Source: an uncultured Anaerolineaceae bacterium (GTDB lineage: Bacteria > Chloroflexota > Anaerolineae > Anaerolineales > DRMV01). From it: 60,979 nucleotides of DNA. Positions 22,420 to 32,179 of this stretch are shown here, piece after piece (the first letter of the stretch is position 1; each line of letters starts with the position of its first letter). Both the position numbers and the translations under genes were made by a program. The DNA lies in contig CAYSXA010000002.1 of the NCBI GenBank assembly GCA_964435005.1, positions 1-60,979 of the forward strand, in the 5' to 3' direction. The notes under the pieces are model-generated. The model was given only the letters and a program-made list of their open reading frames with translations, was not told where the DNA came from and searched no databases.

Positions 22420-23704
22420 GCATTCTGCGTCTGAAGATCTGGATGAACCGGTGATCCGGCTGGAAGGTGTGTCGGTGCGCTATCGCGTGCCGCACGAGCG
22501 CATCCCGTCTTTCAAAGAATATGCGATCCGCCGTTTGAAAGGCCAGGTGCAGTACCATCACTTCTGGGCGCTGAAGGACGTCAGCCTGGAGGTCTATCCA
22601 GGTGAAGTGGTGGGGATCATCGGGCCAAACGGCGCAGGCAAGAGCACACTACTCAAGGTAGTGGCGCGGGTGCTACGCCCCACGCGCGGACGGGTACAGG
22701 TGCGCGGACGGGTCTCGCCGCTGCTGGAACTGGGCGCAGGCTTTGACCCCGAACTGACCGGGCGCGAGAACGTGTATCTGAACGGGATGATCCTGGGACG
22801 CTCGCGTCGCCAGATCGACGAACGGTTCAACCACATCGTGGCCTTCGCCGGGCTGGAGGATTTCATTGACGCGCCGCTGCGCACCTACTCCACCGGCATG
22901 GTCGCCCGGCTGGGCTTCGCGGTCGCCACAGACGTGCGCCCGGAAATCCTGATCGTGGACGAGATCCTGGGCGTGGGCGACGCGGACTTCCAGACGCGCT
23001 CCTTCGAGCGCATCCAATCCTTCCAGGCAGCAGGCACCACGATCTTGCTGGTCTCTCATAGCCTGGAGCGGGTGCAGGAGATGTGCTCGCGCGTGGTGTG
23101 GCTGGACAAGGGGCAGGTAAAGGCCATTGGCACACCGGAGCAGGTGATTCACCATTATCTGGAACAGGTGAGTGAGCAAGAGGCTAAACGCCTGTCCGCC
23201 TCCATGGAAGAAACTTCTTCTACAACGTCAGAAGAAACCCCTCACCGATGGGGTACCGGCGTGGTGGAAATCACTCGCGTGCAGATCACCGACGCCAATG
23301 GCTCACCTAAGACAATCTTCCAGACCGGCGAACCGCTGTGCCTGCACATGGATTTCATCGCACACCACCCCGTGGAGTCGCCGGTGTTCGGCGTGGCGAT
23401 CCACCGCAACGATGGCGTGCACATCACCGGGCCGAACACCGCCTTCGCCGGCCTGACACTGCCGACCATCTCCGGCCCCGGAGAGGTCATCTACAAAATC
23501 CCTGCACTTCCGTTGCTGGAGGGCAAATATTTCTTCTCGGTGGCCGTGGTCAGCCAGGATGACACGGAATTGTACGACTACCACGATCGGTTGTACCCTT
23601 TTCGCGTGCAGAATCACAGTACAGAGATTCCGGAAAAATATGGGTTGATGACAATGCAAGGGCACTGGCAAGTGATCACTGAGACAGCAACGATCGAGGA
23701 GTAG
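22397..23704 (+). CDS. wzt: polysaccharide export ABC ATPase with C-terminal glycan-binding extension (Wzt-like)
   Basis: Walker A GPNGAGKST, signature YSTGM, Walker B ILIVDE. A C-terminal beta-rich extension of about 170 aa (VEITRVQITDANG...FGVAIHRNDGVHI) resembles the Wzt C-terminal carbohydrate-binding domain. Start trimmed to the ATG at 22397. Confidence 0.85.
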   Translation: MSLRTAFEHSASEDLDEPVIRLEGVSVRYRVPHERIPSFKEYAIRRLKGQVQYHHFWALKDVSLEVYPGEVVGIIGPNGAGKSTLLKVVARVLRPTRGRVQVRGRVSPLLELGAGFDPELTGRENVYLNGMILGRSRRQIDERFNHIVAFAGLEDFIDAPLRTYSTGMVARLGFAVATDVRPEILIVDEILGVGDADFQTRSFERIQSFQAAGTTILLVSHSLERVQEMCSRVVWLDKGQVKAIGTPEQVIHHYLEQVSEQEAKRLSASMEETSSTTSEETPHRWGTGVVEITRVQITDANGSPKTIFQTGEPLCLHMDFIAHHPVESPVFGVAIHRNDGVHITGPNTAFAGLTLPTISGPGEVIYKIPALPLLEGKYFFSVAVVSQDDTELYDYHDRLYPFRVQNHSTEIPEKYGLMTMQGHWQVITETATIEE

Positions 23705-23707
23705 TTC

Positions 23708-26700
23708 ATGGCCAACAGGCACCTTTTTGACGAATACTATTTCGCCCACAATTGCGGGCGACCATACCAACGAGACGAGCACTGGCTCAATTTTTTTGAT
23801 GGGATTGCAAAACGTATTATTGAAGAGTTTCAGCCACAAAGCGTTTTAGACGCTGGATGCGCCTGGGGATTCCTGGTCGAGGCTTTCCGCAAACGCGGTG
23901 TAGAGGCCTACGGCGTAGATATCTCAGAATATGCCCTCCAAAACGTGCATCCCGATATCAAACCTTACTGCTGGGTCGGATCAATCACTCAGCCTTTTGG
24001 CCGCAAATTCGATCTGATCACCTGTATCGAGGTATTGGAGCATCTGCTCCCGGACGAAGTCCCGAAGGCTATTGAAAACCTGTGTCAGCACGCCAATCAA
24101 ATCATCTTTTCCTCAACCCCCTTTGATTTCAAGGAAGCAACGCACTTTAGCGTCCACGATCCGGAATACTGGGCTGCACAGTTTGCCCGTCATGGCTTCT
24201 ATCGAGACTTAGACACAGATCTCTCTTACATCACCCCCTGGGCAGTTCGCTTTGTGAATACGCAAATGAGCCCAATGAGGCTTGTGCAGGCTTATGAGCG
24301 CAGGCTCTGGCTCCTGACGAAAGAAAACGTTGATTTACGGCAGGCTTCAGTTGAGGGCGAAGCGCAGGTGAGAGATCTGAGAAAACAGGTACAGCAACGA
24401 GGCCAGGAGATATCTGTGCTCTCCGCCCACATCAAAGAAAAAGAGCGGGAAATCGGTACGCTTGCAGAGCAGGTAAAAGAGAAAGACGGGGCAATACTCG
24501 CACTCTCTAACCAGATACATGAAATTATGGAGAGCGAGGCTTGGCTGCTCAGCAGGCTGCTGACTCGCATATTATCCCCGTTTGCCCCGCCAGGCAGCAA
24601 ACGAAACCGTATTGCAAAACGACTTGCAAAGGTAGCATGGACATGGCGCTCTAGAGGCAGAAAAGAGGCTCTCAAACTCCTTTCGCACTCGTGGCAGCAG
24701 GCGTTCTCACGCATCACAGACCGAGATGACTACCAGCGCTGGCAATTAGCGAACGAACCCAAACCCTCGGCACTGGCGCGCCAGCACAAGGAATGGAAAA
24801 ACTTCTCTTACCAACCCCTGATCAGCATCATCACACCGGTTTACAACCCTCCCCCTGCCGCACTTCGCGACACTATTGAATCCGTGTTGGCACAGACGTA
24901 CCCGCATTGGGAACTCTGGCTCATCGACGGCAAATCTACCTTATCGGAAGTGCGAGAGTTGTTAGAGGAAGTCGAGAAAAAAGATCAGAGAATCCACGTC
25001 GTGTTTCTGGAAGAGAATCTGGGGATATCCGGAAACACAAACGAAGGTTTGAAAAGAGCACAGGGGGATTTCGTTGCGTTCCTCGACCACGATGACCTGT
25101 TAGCGCCCAACATGCTTTACGAGGTCGTCGATGCTCTCAACCAGGATCCCCATACAGACATTGTTTACTTTGACGAAGATAAAATTTCTGCAGACGGACA
25201 GGTACGTAAAGACCCCTGGTTCAAGCCCCGGGCCTGGTCTCCCGACTTGCTGCTATCCGTGAACTATTTAATGCACTCGGTATTCCGCCGCTCTTTGTTG
25301 CAGGAAGTTGGTGGCTTCGACCCTCAGATGGACGGTGCTCAAGATTGGGACTTGGCACTCCGCTGCACAGAAAAGACACAGAAGATCCGCCACATCCCCA
25401 AAGTCCTTTACCATTGGCGACAGGTTCCCGGCTCAGCCGCCGCAGCAGCCGATGCCAAACCCTGGGCTTTCCGCGCACAGATAAATTGCGTCCAATCCCA
25501 TTTACAGCGCCTGGGTGTTCAGGATGCACAGGTTGTCTCCCCCAGCTTAGGACAAATTCGCGTATTATGGCCTGCCACGCACGCGAAAGTGTCGATTATC
25601 ATCCCTACAAAAGACAAAGTGGGGCTTTTACACGCCTGCCTCTCCTCGCTTTTGACGATAACTTCTTATCCAGACTACGAAATCATCCTTGTGGATACAG
25701 GGAGCGTTGAAAACGACACATGGCAATACTATGACTCCCTGGACGACCCCCGCGTAAAAATCGTCAAATTCAAAGAAGAGTTCAACTACTCCAAAGCGAA
25801 CAATTTCGGTGTACAACACGCTTCGGGAGAAATTCTTCTCTTCCTCAACAACGATACGCAAATTCTCGCCGCCGACTGGTTAACGGAACTGGCCGGCTGG
25901 GCAAGCCGCCCCGAAGTCGGCGCCGTGGGATGTAAATTGCTGCGCCCTGACGGTACAATCCAACACGCGGGGATCATAATCGGCCTGGAAGGCCATGGAA
26001 GCCATGTTTTTGAAGGTAACCCGGAATCCTATTACGGGCCTTTCGGGTCATCAGAGTGGTATCGAGATTACCAGGCAGTCACTGGTGCCTGCATGTGCAT
26101 GCGACGGGAAGTTTTCGAGCAAGTCAACGGCTTTGACCCTGCATATCAGATCGGCTATGGCGACATTGATCTGTGCCTACGGGTCAGGGAAAAGGGCTAT
26201 CGTGTCGTATATACACCTTTTGCCCGCCTGTTGCACCACGAAGGTGGCACTCGCGGTCTCTCGCTGCCAGCCAGTGACGTTCTTCGCGCATCAATCAAGA
26301 TGTATGACTTGATTTGCGCCGGTGACGCTTACTTCAACCCGAACCTCTCCTACATGAAGCGCAAGACGGCTATCGCCTTACCCGACGAGGAAACTCGAGA
26401 GGAACGATTGTTTCGTATCTTAACGCAATATGGCTTGGTTAACCCGAATACCCCCCACACAAGCCTTGAGCCAGGCGACATCCCGGATCGTGATTCCTTC
26501 GCTGCCGCTTCGCCGAATCTGCTATTCATCACTCACGACCTCAGCAGAAGCGGGGCCCCGATCCTGTTGCACGCTCTGGGGCGAAAGCTATCCGAAAGCT
26601 ATCAAATAACCGTGCTCTCTCCCGTCGATGGCCCCTTGAAAGAAGAGTTTCTTCGCAATGGCATCAACGTTGTGGTACATCCCGCCGCGTTGGACGACGC

Positions 26701-27586
26701 CCGTGTCATCGCCCAAGTCGCAAAGGAATACGACTGCGTAGTAGCAAACACCATTCTGGCCTGGCGTGCTATATACGCTGCCCTGGCCATGGAACGTCCT
26801 TGTATATGGTGGATTCACGAATCCCGTTTCGGCGCGAAACTGGCAACCGAAAACAGACAGGTTGGCAATGCTTTCAAAGCTGCCAGCAAAGTGATCTTCC
26901 CCGCAAACAAGGTCGCCGACTTGTACCGACCATTCCTCCCCACAAACGAGAAATTTGTCTGCCTTCCCTTCTTTGACCTGGAGTATTTGCAAGACAGACA
27001 GCAGTTCCCTCAAATTCTCGACAAACAACCTGATCGCAAGTACGTGGTATGTATTGGGAGTATAGAGCCGCGCAAAGGGCAAGACATCTTGCTGGAAAGC
27101 CTCAGCTTGCTGCCAGAACATACGCGCTCTAAACTGGAGGTCTATTTCATAGGCCGCACTCTGGCAAAATCTTATTATCATCGACTTGTCCGTCAATCTA
27201 GAAAGTGGAAGAACGTCCATTTCATTGGAGAAGTACCTCATGAGACCGCGCTCGCGTACCTTGCACAAGCAGACATCTTCGTCCTTCCTTCCCGAGATGA
27301 AGTCTTGCCGGTAACGTTGCTTGAGGCCATGTTCTTCGGAAAAACGATCATAGCTAGCAACGTCGGGGGCATTGGGGAGGTGATTACCCATGGAAACAAC
27401 GGATTGCTGGTCGAACCTGGCAATCCGCAATCCCTGGCGGACCAACTCACTTTCTTATGCAGCGAGGAGGCCAAAAGACATGCGTTGGGTAAGCGGGCAC
27501 AAACTACCATCCACCACCTTACTGAAGAAACAGACCATGAGTTCATCAAGATACTTGAAACGGTTTGCTCCCATAACCCTGCGTAG
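23708..27586 (+). CDS. 1292-aa multidomain enzyme: SAM methyltransferase / coiled coil / GT2 / GT2 / GT4(GT-B)
   Basis: - aa 40-130: VLDAGCAWGFL...FDLITCIEVLEHL (class I methyltransferase).
- aa ~192-280: heptad-rich segment (RDLRKQVQQRGQEISVLSAHIKEKEREIGTLAEQVKEKDGAILALSNQIHEIMESE).
- aa 371-600: ISIITPVYN...FLDHDD (GT2).
- aa 625-870: VSIIIPTKD...LFLNNDT (GT2).
- aa 935-1292: EPRKGQD...PSRDEVLPVTLLEAMFFGKTIIASNVGG (GT4 EX7E). Confidence 0.85.
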   Translation: MANRHLFDEYYFAHNCGRPYQRDEHWLNFFDGIAKRIIEEFQPQSVLDAGCAWGFLVEAFRKRGVEAYGVDISEYALQNVHPDIKPYCWVGSITQPFGRKFDLITCIEVLEHLLPDEVPKAIENLCQHANQIIFSSTPFDFKEATHFSVHDPEYWAAQFARHGFYRDLDTDLSYITPWAVRFVNTQMSPMRLVQAYERRLWLLTKENVDLRQASVEGEAQVRDLRKQVQQRGQEISVLSAHIKEKEREIGTLAEQVKEKDGAILALSNQIHEIMESEAWLLSRLLTRILSPFAPPGSKRNRIAKRLAKVAWTWRSRGRKEALKLLSHSWQQAFSRITDRDDYQRWQLANEPKPSALARQHKEWKNFSYQPLISIITPVYNPPPAALRDTIESVLAQTYPHWELWLIDGKSTLSEVRELLEEVEKKDQRIHVVFLEENLGISGNTNEGLKRAQGDFVAFLDHDDLLAPNMLYEVVDALNQDPHTDIVYFDEDKISADGQVRKDPWFKPRAWSPDLLLSVNYLMHSVFRRSLLQEVGGFDPQMDGAQDWDLALRCTEKTQKIRHIPKVLYHWRQVPGSAAAAADAKPWAFRAQINCVQSHLQRLGVQDAQVVSPSLGQIRVLWPATHAKVSIIIPTKDKVGLLHACLSSLLTITSYPDYEIILVDTGSVENDTWQYYDSLDDPRVKIVKFKEEFNYSKANNFGVQHASGEILLFLNNDTQILAADWLTELAGWASRPEVGAVGCKLLRPDGTIQHAGIIIGLEGHGSHVFEGNPESYYGPFGSSEWYRDYQAVTGACMCMRREVFEQVNGFDPAYQIGYGDIDLCLRVREKGYRVVYTPFARLLHHEGGTRGLSLPASDVLRASIKMYDLICAGDAYFNPNLSYMKRKTAIALPDEETREERLFRILTQYGLVNPNTPHTSLEPGDIPDRDSFAAASPNLLFITHDLSRSGAPILLHALGRKLSESYQITVLSPVDGPLKEEFLRNGINVVVHPAALDDARVIAQVAKEYDCVVANTILAWRAIYAALAMERPCIWWIHESRFGAKLATENRQVGNAFKAASKVIFPANKVADLYRPFLPTNEKFVCLPFFDLEYLQDRQQFPQILDKQPDRKYVVCIGSIEPRKGQDILLESLSLLPEHTRSKLEVYFIGRTLAKSYYHRLVRQSRKWKNVHFIGEVPHETALAYLAQADIFVLPSRDEVLPVTLLEAMFFGKTIIASNVGGIGEVITHGNNGLLVEPGNPQSLADQLTFLCSEEAKRHALGKRAQTTIHHLTEETDHEFIKILETVCSHNPA

Positions 27587-29495
27587 AACGGGGCAGGCGC
27601 TGGCGTTCACTCTGGTGGCACTCGTGATCCTTTGGGGTGCCACGCGTTCCCTGGCTGTTGCCCTCCCCGCATCCATCACCGTGCCATCAACCGCCCAACC
27701 AGAAGGTCTTGACTTTGCTTCACTCTATTTACGAGACCCCTGGGACATGTCTGAGTTTTCAGATGTCTCCCAATATTTGAATGAGTCTGGCCAACGAAAT
27801 CTGGTGACCAACATCAATGTCTCCAACGGTGTTTTCAGTGGAACGTCTGTCGGGGATGCCCTCAGCGGTAACGCCTATTTCTTCCCCCTCTTCCCCGGCT
27901 ACCTGGGTGCGATCCAGGTTGGGAAGGTTGGAAGCCGGTATCCCATTCCAAAGGACACGTTCAAATGTCTCTACATCGCCATGAAAGTGGATTCAGGGCC
28001 AGCCAACAAATTCGGGCCCGACCAATACAGGGTGTTCTGGTTTGCCGATGAGCACCTTACCAACGGTTCCTGGGGACAATCCTATGGCCAGCCACTCTAT
28101 CCGGAAGCCGGTGCTGGGCAACCTGTGCACAGCTGGCGCTTGTATTCCATAGACTTATCCACAGCCCCCTTATTTGATGGCAACACCACGTGGAATAACA
28201 TGCCCAGTGTAGAGGGGATCCGTATCGATCCCACCATTAATGCAAATGTCAACTTCGCAGTGGACTGGGTGCGTCTAACTGACTGCAATCCAGTGGATGT
28301 TACAATCACCTGGACTGGAGGAACCTCCGCCGACACGGCCATCTGGCTGCGGCCAGTGAACACCAACCGCGACATCCGAGTAGCAACGGGGGTTGACGGC
28401 ACAGCGGGCTGGTACACGCTGGACGTACAGGGCATTGCCCCCGGCTCCTATTACGTGGGTCTGGGAACGGATACCACCTGCTGTTCCCAGATGAATACGG
28501 CTCAACCCCTGGTGATTCAACAGACTCCCATTGTCTCTTTCACGCGCCCTTCTTTCCTGAGCGGAACAGACTATGCAAGCTCAGCAGGCAATCAATGGGA
28601 TTTTGGGGACAGCAGCGATGTGGTTGACACCCGAAACTTTAAGAGTGTGTCCTTGCAAAACGGGGAATTAGTCATGGTCACGGCTTCAGGCCCCCAACCT
28701 GCTGGAGTAGATGCCCAGGTAGTCCTTAACACCCCTGCGCCTATTGACACTTCGACTTACCGCTATCTCTCGTTCCGCATGTCCACCCAGAACGGTTCAG
28801 CTCCCTGGCAAAATGTAGTGGACGGGATGATCGCCCGTCTGGTGTGGTCGATCCAGGGTTCCAGTGGCAGGCCCGGTTATCGGTGTAACCTGGTCAGCCA
28901 AGACATTCCCTATGACGTGGGCTACCACACCTACACAATCGACTTGCATGACGCGTTCAGCGGATCAGCAGAGGAAGTCCAGGGCGAATGCACCGGATAC
29001 CCATGGAGATGGCAACAAACCCTGCCGGTGTTAGAGCTCAGATTTGATCCGAACGAAAACATCACCTGCAACCCTCAATCAGGGAGTTCCTTTATTATTT
29101 CGACCTGCGGAGACTTCGTGCAGAACCTGGACTGGATTCGTCTAACAGCCATAGATCAGGTGAAACGGGGAACACCCTATCTTATTGAAACAATCGTGAC
29201 CCCCCTGGAAAGCGGAATGGCCATTGATTTCTTCTATACAACCGACAGGAACAATCCCACCCAATTTCTGGCGGAACAATACTACGCTGCCCCACCTATC
29301 GGTAGTTTCCAGGTGTTTTTACCCGTGGTGGTGAACAGCCTCTCCAACTCTGACACAACCCCTGAAAGCAATTATACTTACCTGTGGGATACCTCAAATG
29401 TACCTCCCGGCACCTACTACATCTGTGCAAGGTACACCGGATTCCAAACTGTCACTTATTGCAGCGAAGCTCCTGTAAAGGTAACTTCCCCTTGA
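27537..29495 (+). CDS. exported/N-terminally anchored protein of unknown function with two internally repeated beta-rich modules
   Basis: 652 aa from the ATG at 27537 (the ORF track starts at 27390 inside the previous gene). One N-terminal TM (ALAFTLVALVILWG). Repeated landmarks: VDWVRLTDCNP / LDWIRLTAIDQ, IRIDPT / LRFDPN, YSIDL / YTIDL, APGSYYV / PPGTYYI. Confidence 0.6.
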   Translation: MSSSRYLKRFAPITLRRTGQALAFTLVALVILWGATRSLAVALPASITVPSTAQPEGLDFASLYLRDPWDMSEFSDVSQYLNESGQRNLVTNINVSNGVFSGTSVGDALSGNAYFFPLFPGYLGAIQVGKVGSRYPIPKDTFKCLYIAMKVDSGPANKFGPDQYRVFWFADEHLTNGSWGQSYGQPLYPEAGAGQPVHSWRLYSIDLSTAPLFDGNTTWNNMPSVEGIRIDPTINANVNFAVDWVRLTDCNPVDVTITWTGGTSADTAIWLRPVNTNRDIRVATGVDGTAGWYTLDVQGIAPGSYYVGLGTDTTCCSQMNTAQPLVIQQTPIVSFTRPSFLSGTDYASSAGNQWDFGDSSDVVDTRNFKSVSLQNGELVMVTASGPQPAGVDAQVVLNTPAPIDTSTYRYLSFRMSTQNGSAPWQNVVDGMIARLVWSIQGSSGRPGYRCNLVSQDIPYDVGYHTYTIDLHDAFSGSAEEVQGECTGYPWRWQQTLPVLELRFDPNENITCNPQSGSSFIISTCGDFVQNLDWIRLTAIDQVKRGTPYLIETIVTPLESGMAIDFFYTTDRNNPTQFLAEQYYAAPPIGSFQVFLPVVVNSLSNSDTTPESNYTYLWDTSNVPPGTYYICARYTGFQTVTYCSEAPVKVTSP

Positions 29496-29511
29496 AAGGA
29501 ACGCTCTATCC

Positions 29512-30501
29512 GTGACTACCCTGGTGTCTGTTCTTTTGGTGACCTTTAACAGCGCGGCATATTTGTCGCGCTGTCTGACACATCTGAGCCAACAGACCTT
29601 CCGGGATTTTGAATTAATCATCGTAGATAACGGATCTACGGATAAGTCTTTAGAAACGCTAAACACACTGGACACTGCACGGGCGTTTCCTGCTCTACGA
29701 CTCATACGCTTAGATCACAATGCTGGATTCGCTGTTGCAAACAACGTAGCCGCACGTCTTGCCCACAGTCCCTGGCTGGCGTTGCTCAACCCTGATGCCT
29801 TTCCTGCTCCAACCTGGCTGGAACATCTAGTTGAGGCTGCGAAGCAGCATCCGGAGTACCATTTCTTTGCTTCACGCCTGATCCAGGCCCAACAACCAAA
29901 CCTGCTAGACGGCGCCGGCGATGTGTATCACGTAAGCGGCTTAGCCTGGCGACGCTTCCACAACATGCCTGCCGATCAATTCGGCTTGGAGAAAGAGGAA
30001 GTTTTTGGCCCCTGCGGGGCAGCAGCCATGTACAGCCGCCAAGCGTTCCTGGAAGCAGGTGCCTTCGACGAAGACTTCTTCAGCTACCACGAAGACGTAG
30101 ACTTGGCCTTTCGCCTTCGGTTAAGAGGCCACCGATGCCTTTACGTACCAGCCGCCGTCGTCCATCACATAGGTTCCGCCAGTACGGGCGTTAAAAGCAA
30201 TTTTGCTGTGTATCACGGGCACCGCAACCTGGTCTGGACTTTCATCAAAAACATGCCTGCCCCCCTGCTGATCAAATACTGGCCATTGCACCTGCTGTTT
30301 ACGGTAATACAGTGGGGTTACTACATTGGCAGAGGGCAAGGCCGCGCCTTTGCACGTGCCAAAAAAGACGCTTTTCGCCGCCTCCCCCTGATGTGGCAAA
30401 AGCGCAAAGACATCCAGACCGAATCCCGCGTGACAGCGCAGGAGATAACCCAACACCTCTCACGAAACCTGTTGGCCCCTTTGAAATCGCGAAAAGTGTA
30501 A
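29512..30501 (+). CDS. family 2 glycosyltransferase (rhamnosyltransferase-like)
   Basis: GTG start. Motifs VSVLLVTFNSAAYL, IIVDNGSTD, LLNPDAF. Confidence 0.85.
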   Translation: MTTLVSVLLVTFNSAAYLSRCLTHLSQQTFRDFELIIVDNGSTDKSLETLNTLDTARAFPALRLIRLDHNAGFAVANNVAARLAHSPWLALLNPDAFPAPTWLEHLVEAAKQHPEYHFFASRLIQAQQPNLLDGAGDVYHVSGLAWRRFHNMPADQFGLEKEEVFGPCGAAAMYSRQAFLEAGAFDEDFFSYHEDVDLAFRLRLRGHRCLYVPAAVVHHIGSASTGVKSNFAVYHGHRNLVWTFIKNMPAPLLIKYWPLHLLFTVIQWGYYIGRGQGRAFARAKKDAFRRLPLMWQKRKDIQTESRVTAQEITQHLSRNLLAPLKSRKV

Positions 30502-30505
30502 TTCG

Positions 30506-31393
30506 ATGCAACTGTCCATTTGCATTGTCTCTTTCAACACCAAAAGCTACCTGCATGATTGCTTATACTCCATTGTGGAAAACATCCACATCCCTCATGA
30601 AGTCATCGTGGTGGACAATGGTTCCACAGATGGCACGGCAGAGATGCTGACGGCAGAGTTCCCTCAGGTGCGTTTCTTTCCTGGCTCGACCAACGAGGGC
30701 TTCAGCCGCCCGATGAACCGGGCTCTGCGTGCTGCGCAGGGAGAATATCTGGTATTGCTCAACCCGGACACCGTGGTGCTGGAAAAGGCTTTCGACCAAC
30801 TCGTGGCATTCATGGAAGCCCATCCGGAGGTCGGCATCTGTGGCCCAAAGGTGCTCAACCCGGACGGCACACTGCAAGGCCCTTGCCGGCGTGGCGAGTC
30901 GCGCCCCTGGGCGGTGATCAGTTACTTCCTGGGGCTGTACCGTCTGTTCCCCCGCTCGAAACGCTTTGGTGGTTATTTGCTGAATTACCTGGATGAGGAT
31001 GAAATCGCAGAAGTGGGCGGCGTCTCAGGTTCCTGTATGATGATCCGCCGCGCAGTCATCGAGGACATCGGCTACTTGGACGAACGTTTCTTCGCCTATC
31101 AGGAAGACGCCGATTATTGCTTTCGTGCGCGGCAGGCAGGTTGGAAGGTCTATTACGTCCCCACGGCGCGGATCATCCACTACGGCGGGCAGGGCGGCTC
31201 ACACGCCGCTCCCTGGCGAGCCATCATAGAGTGGCACCGCTCGTACTGGCTGTACTATCGAAAAAACCTAGCACGTGACTACTTCTTCCTGTTCAACTGG
31301 GTATATTACAGTCTGATGCTGTTGAAACTGTGCTTTACCCTGGCGACGAACCTCTTCCGCCACAAAAAGAATCCCGGCCACGGCAAAAGGTGA
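30506..31393 (+). CDS. family 2 glycosyltransferase (rhamnosyltransferase-like)
   Basis: Motifs LSICIVSFNTKSYL, VIVVDNGSTDGT, LLNPDTV. Confidence 0.85.
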   Translation: MQLSICIVSFNTKSYLHDCLYSIVENIHIPHEVIVVDNGSTDGTAEMLTAEFPQVRFFPGSTNEGFSRPMNRALRAAQGEYLVLLNPDTVVLEKAFDQLVAFMEAHPEVGICGPKVLNPDGTLQGPCRRGESRPWAVISYFLGLYRLFPRSKRFGGYLLNYLDEDEIAEVGGVSGSCMMIRRAVIEDIGYLDERFFAYQEDADYCFRARQAGWKVYYVPTARIIHYGGQGGSHAAPWRAIIEWHRSYWLYYRKNLARDYFFLFNWVYYSLMLLKLCFTLATNLFRHKKNPGHGKR

Positions 31394-31405
31394 GATAATT
31401 GGCTC

Positions 31406-32179
31406 ATGTCTTCTCCAAAACCTGCTGAAAACTGGTGGATGGGCTGGCAGGTACTGACTATCTGCACCCTGTTCGGCGCGGTCGTCGGTTTCCTGGTCCA
31501 TCGCCAGCGCCCGCCAGTGTACGAAGCCCAGGTCACCTTCAACATCTTCCTGGACATGGCACGCACCGGCTCTCTGGACGAGCGCGAGACGGATCATGTA
31601 CTGGGTACAGCTGGCTGGTTGCTGACCGCTGGATCGGTGATTCCCCAGGCCGCACAACGAGCCCAGGCACAAGGCTGGCCGATCGACACAGCAACGCTGG
31701 CCAGTCACGTGTTCGTCGAACGCCTGCAAAATCGCTGGGCAGTGCGAGTCCGCGACACGAACCCACAACGCGCAGCTCAACTGGCGAACTGGATCGGCGA
31801 ACTTGGCCTGCAACAATTGCAAGATGCCTACAGCCACGCATTGAAAGCACACATGCTGCGCCGCCACATGGACCACCTGGAACGCTGCCTGGAGGCAGCG
31901 CCCTCGCTAAGCCCCGCAGCACCACCCCCGTGCAATTTGAAATCCCTGCCCCAGCTACAAGCGGACATGGAAGCCACCGCGGCCCAGTTGACCGCCGAAG
32001 CTTTGGCCTCGCATGGGCTGGTGCCCGCGCTAACTTTCGGCGTGCTCGCCTGGGCCACACCGCCAACGCAGCCTGTGCTCTACGGGCGGACGACCTCCAT
32101 TCTGGTCGGTACAGCGATTGGCATCTGGGTGGGGCTATCCTGGCTGGTCATCATTGCACGGAGAGAGATCCATGCTTGA
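31406..32179 (+). CDS. polysaccharide co-polymerase-like (Wzz-type topology) protein
   Basis: 257 aa. N-terminal TM followed by PPVYEAQVTF (Wzz-like PxYxA), a helical central part, a Pro-rich segment (ATPPTQPVLYG), then a C-terminal TM. Confidence 0.5.
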   Translation: MSSPKPAENWWMGWQVLTICTLFGAVVGFLVHRQRPPVYEAQVTFNIFLDMARTGSLDERETDHVLGTAGWLLTAGSVIPQAAQRAQAQGWPIDTATLASHVFVERLQNRWAVRVRDTNPQRAAQLANWIGELGLQQLQDAYSHALKAHMLRRHMDHLERCLEAAPSLSPAAPPPCNLKSLPQLQADMEATAAQLTAEALASHGLVPALTFGVLAWATPPTQPVLYGRTTSILVGTAIGIWVGLSWLVIIARREIHA

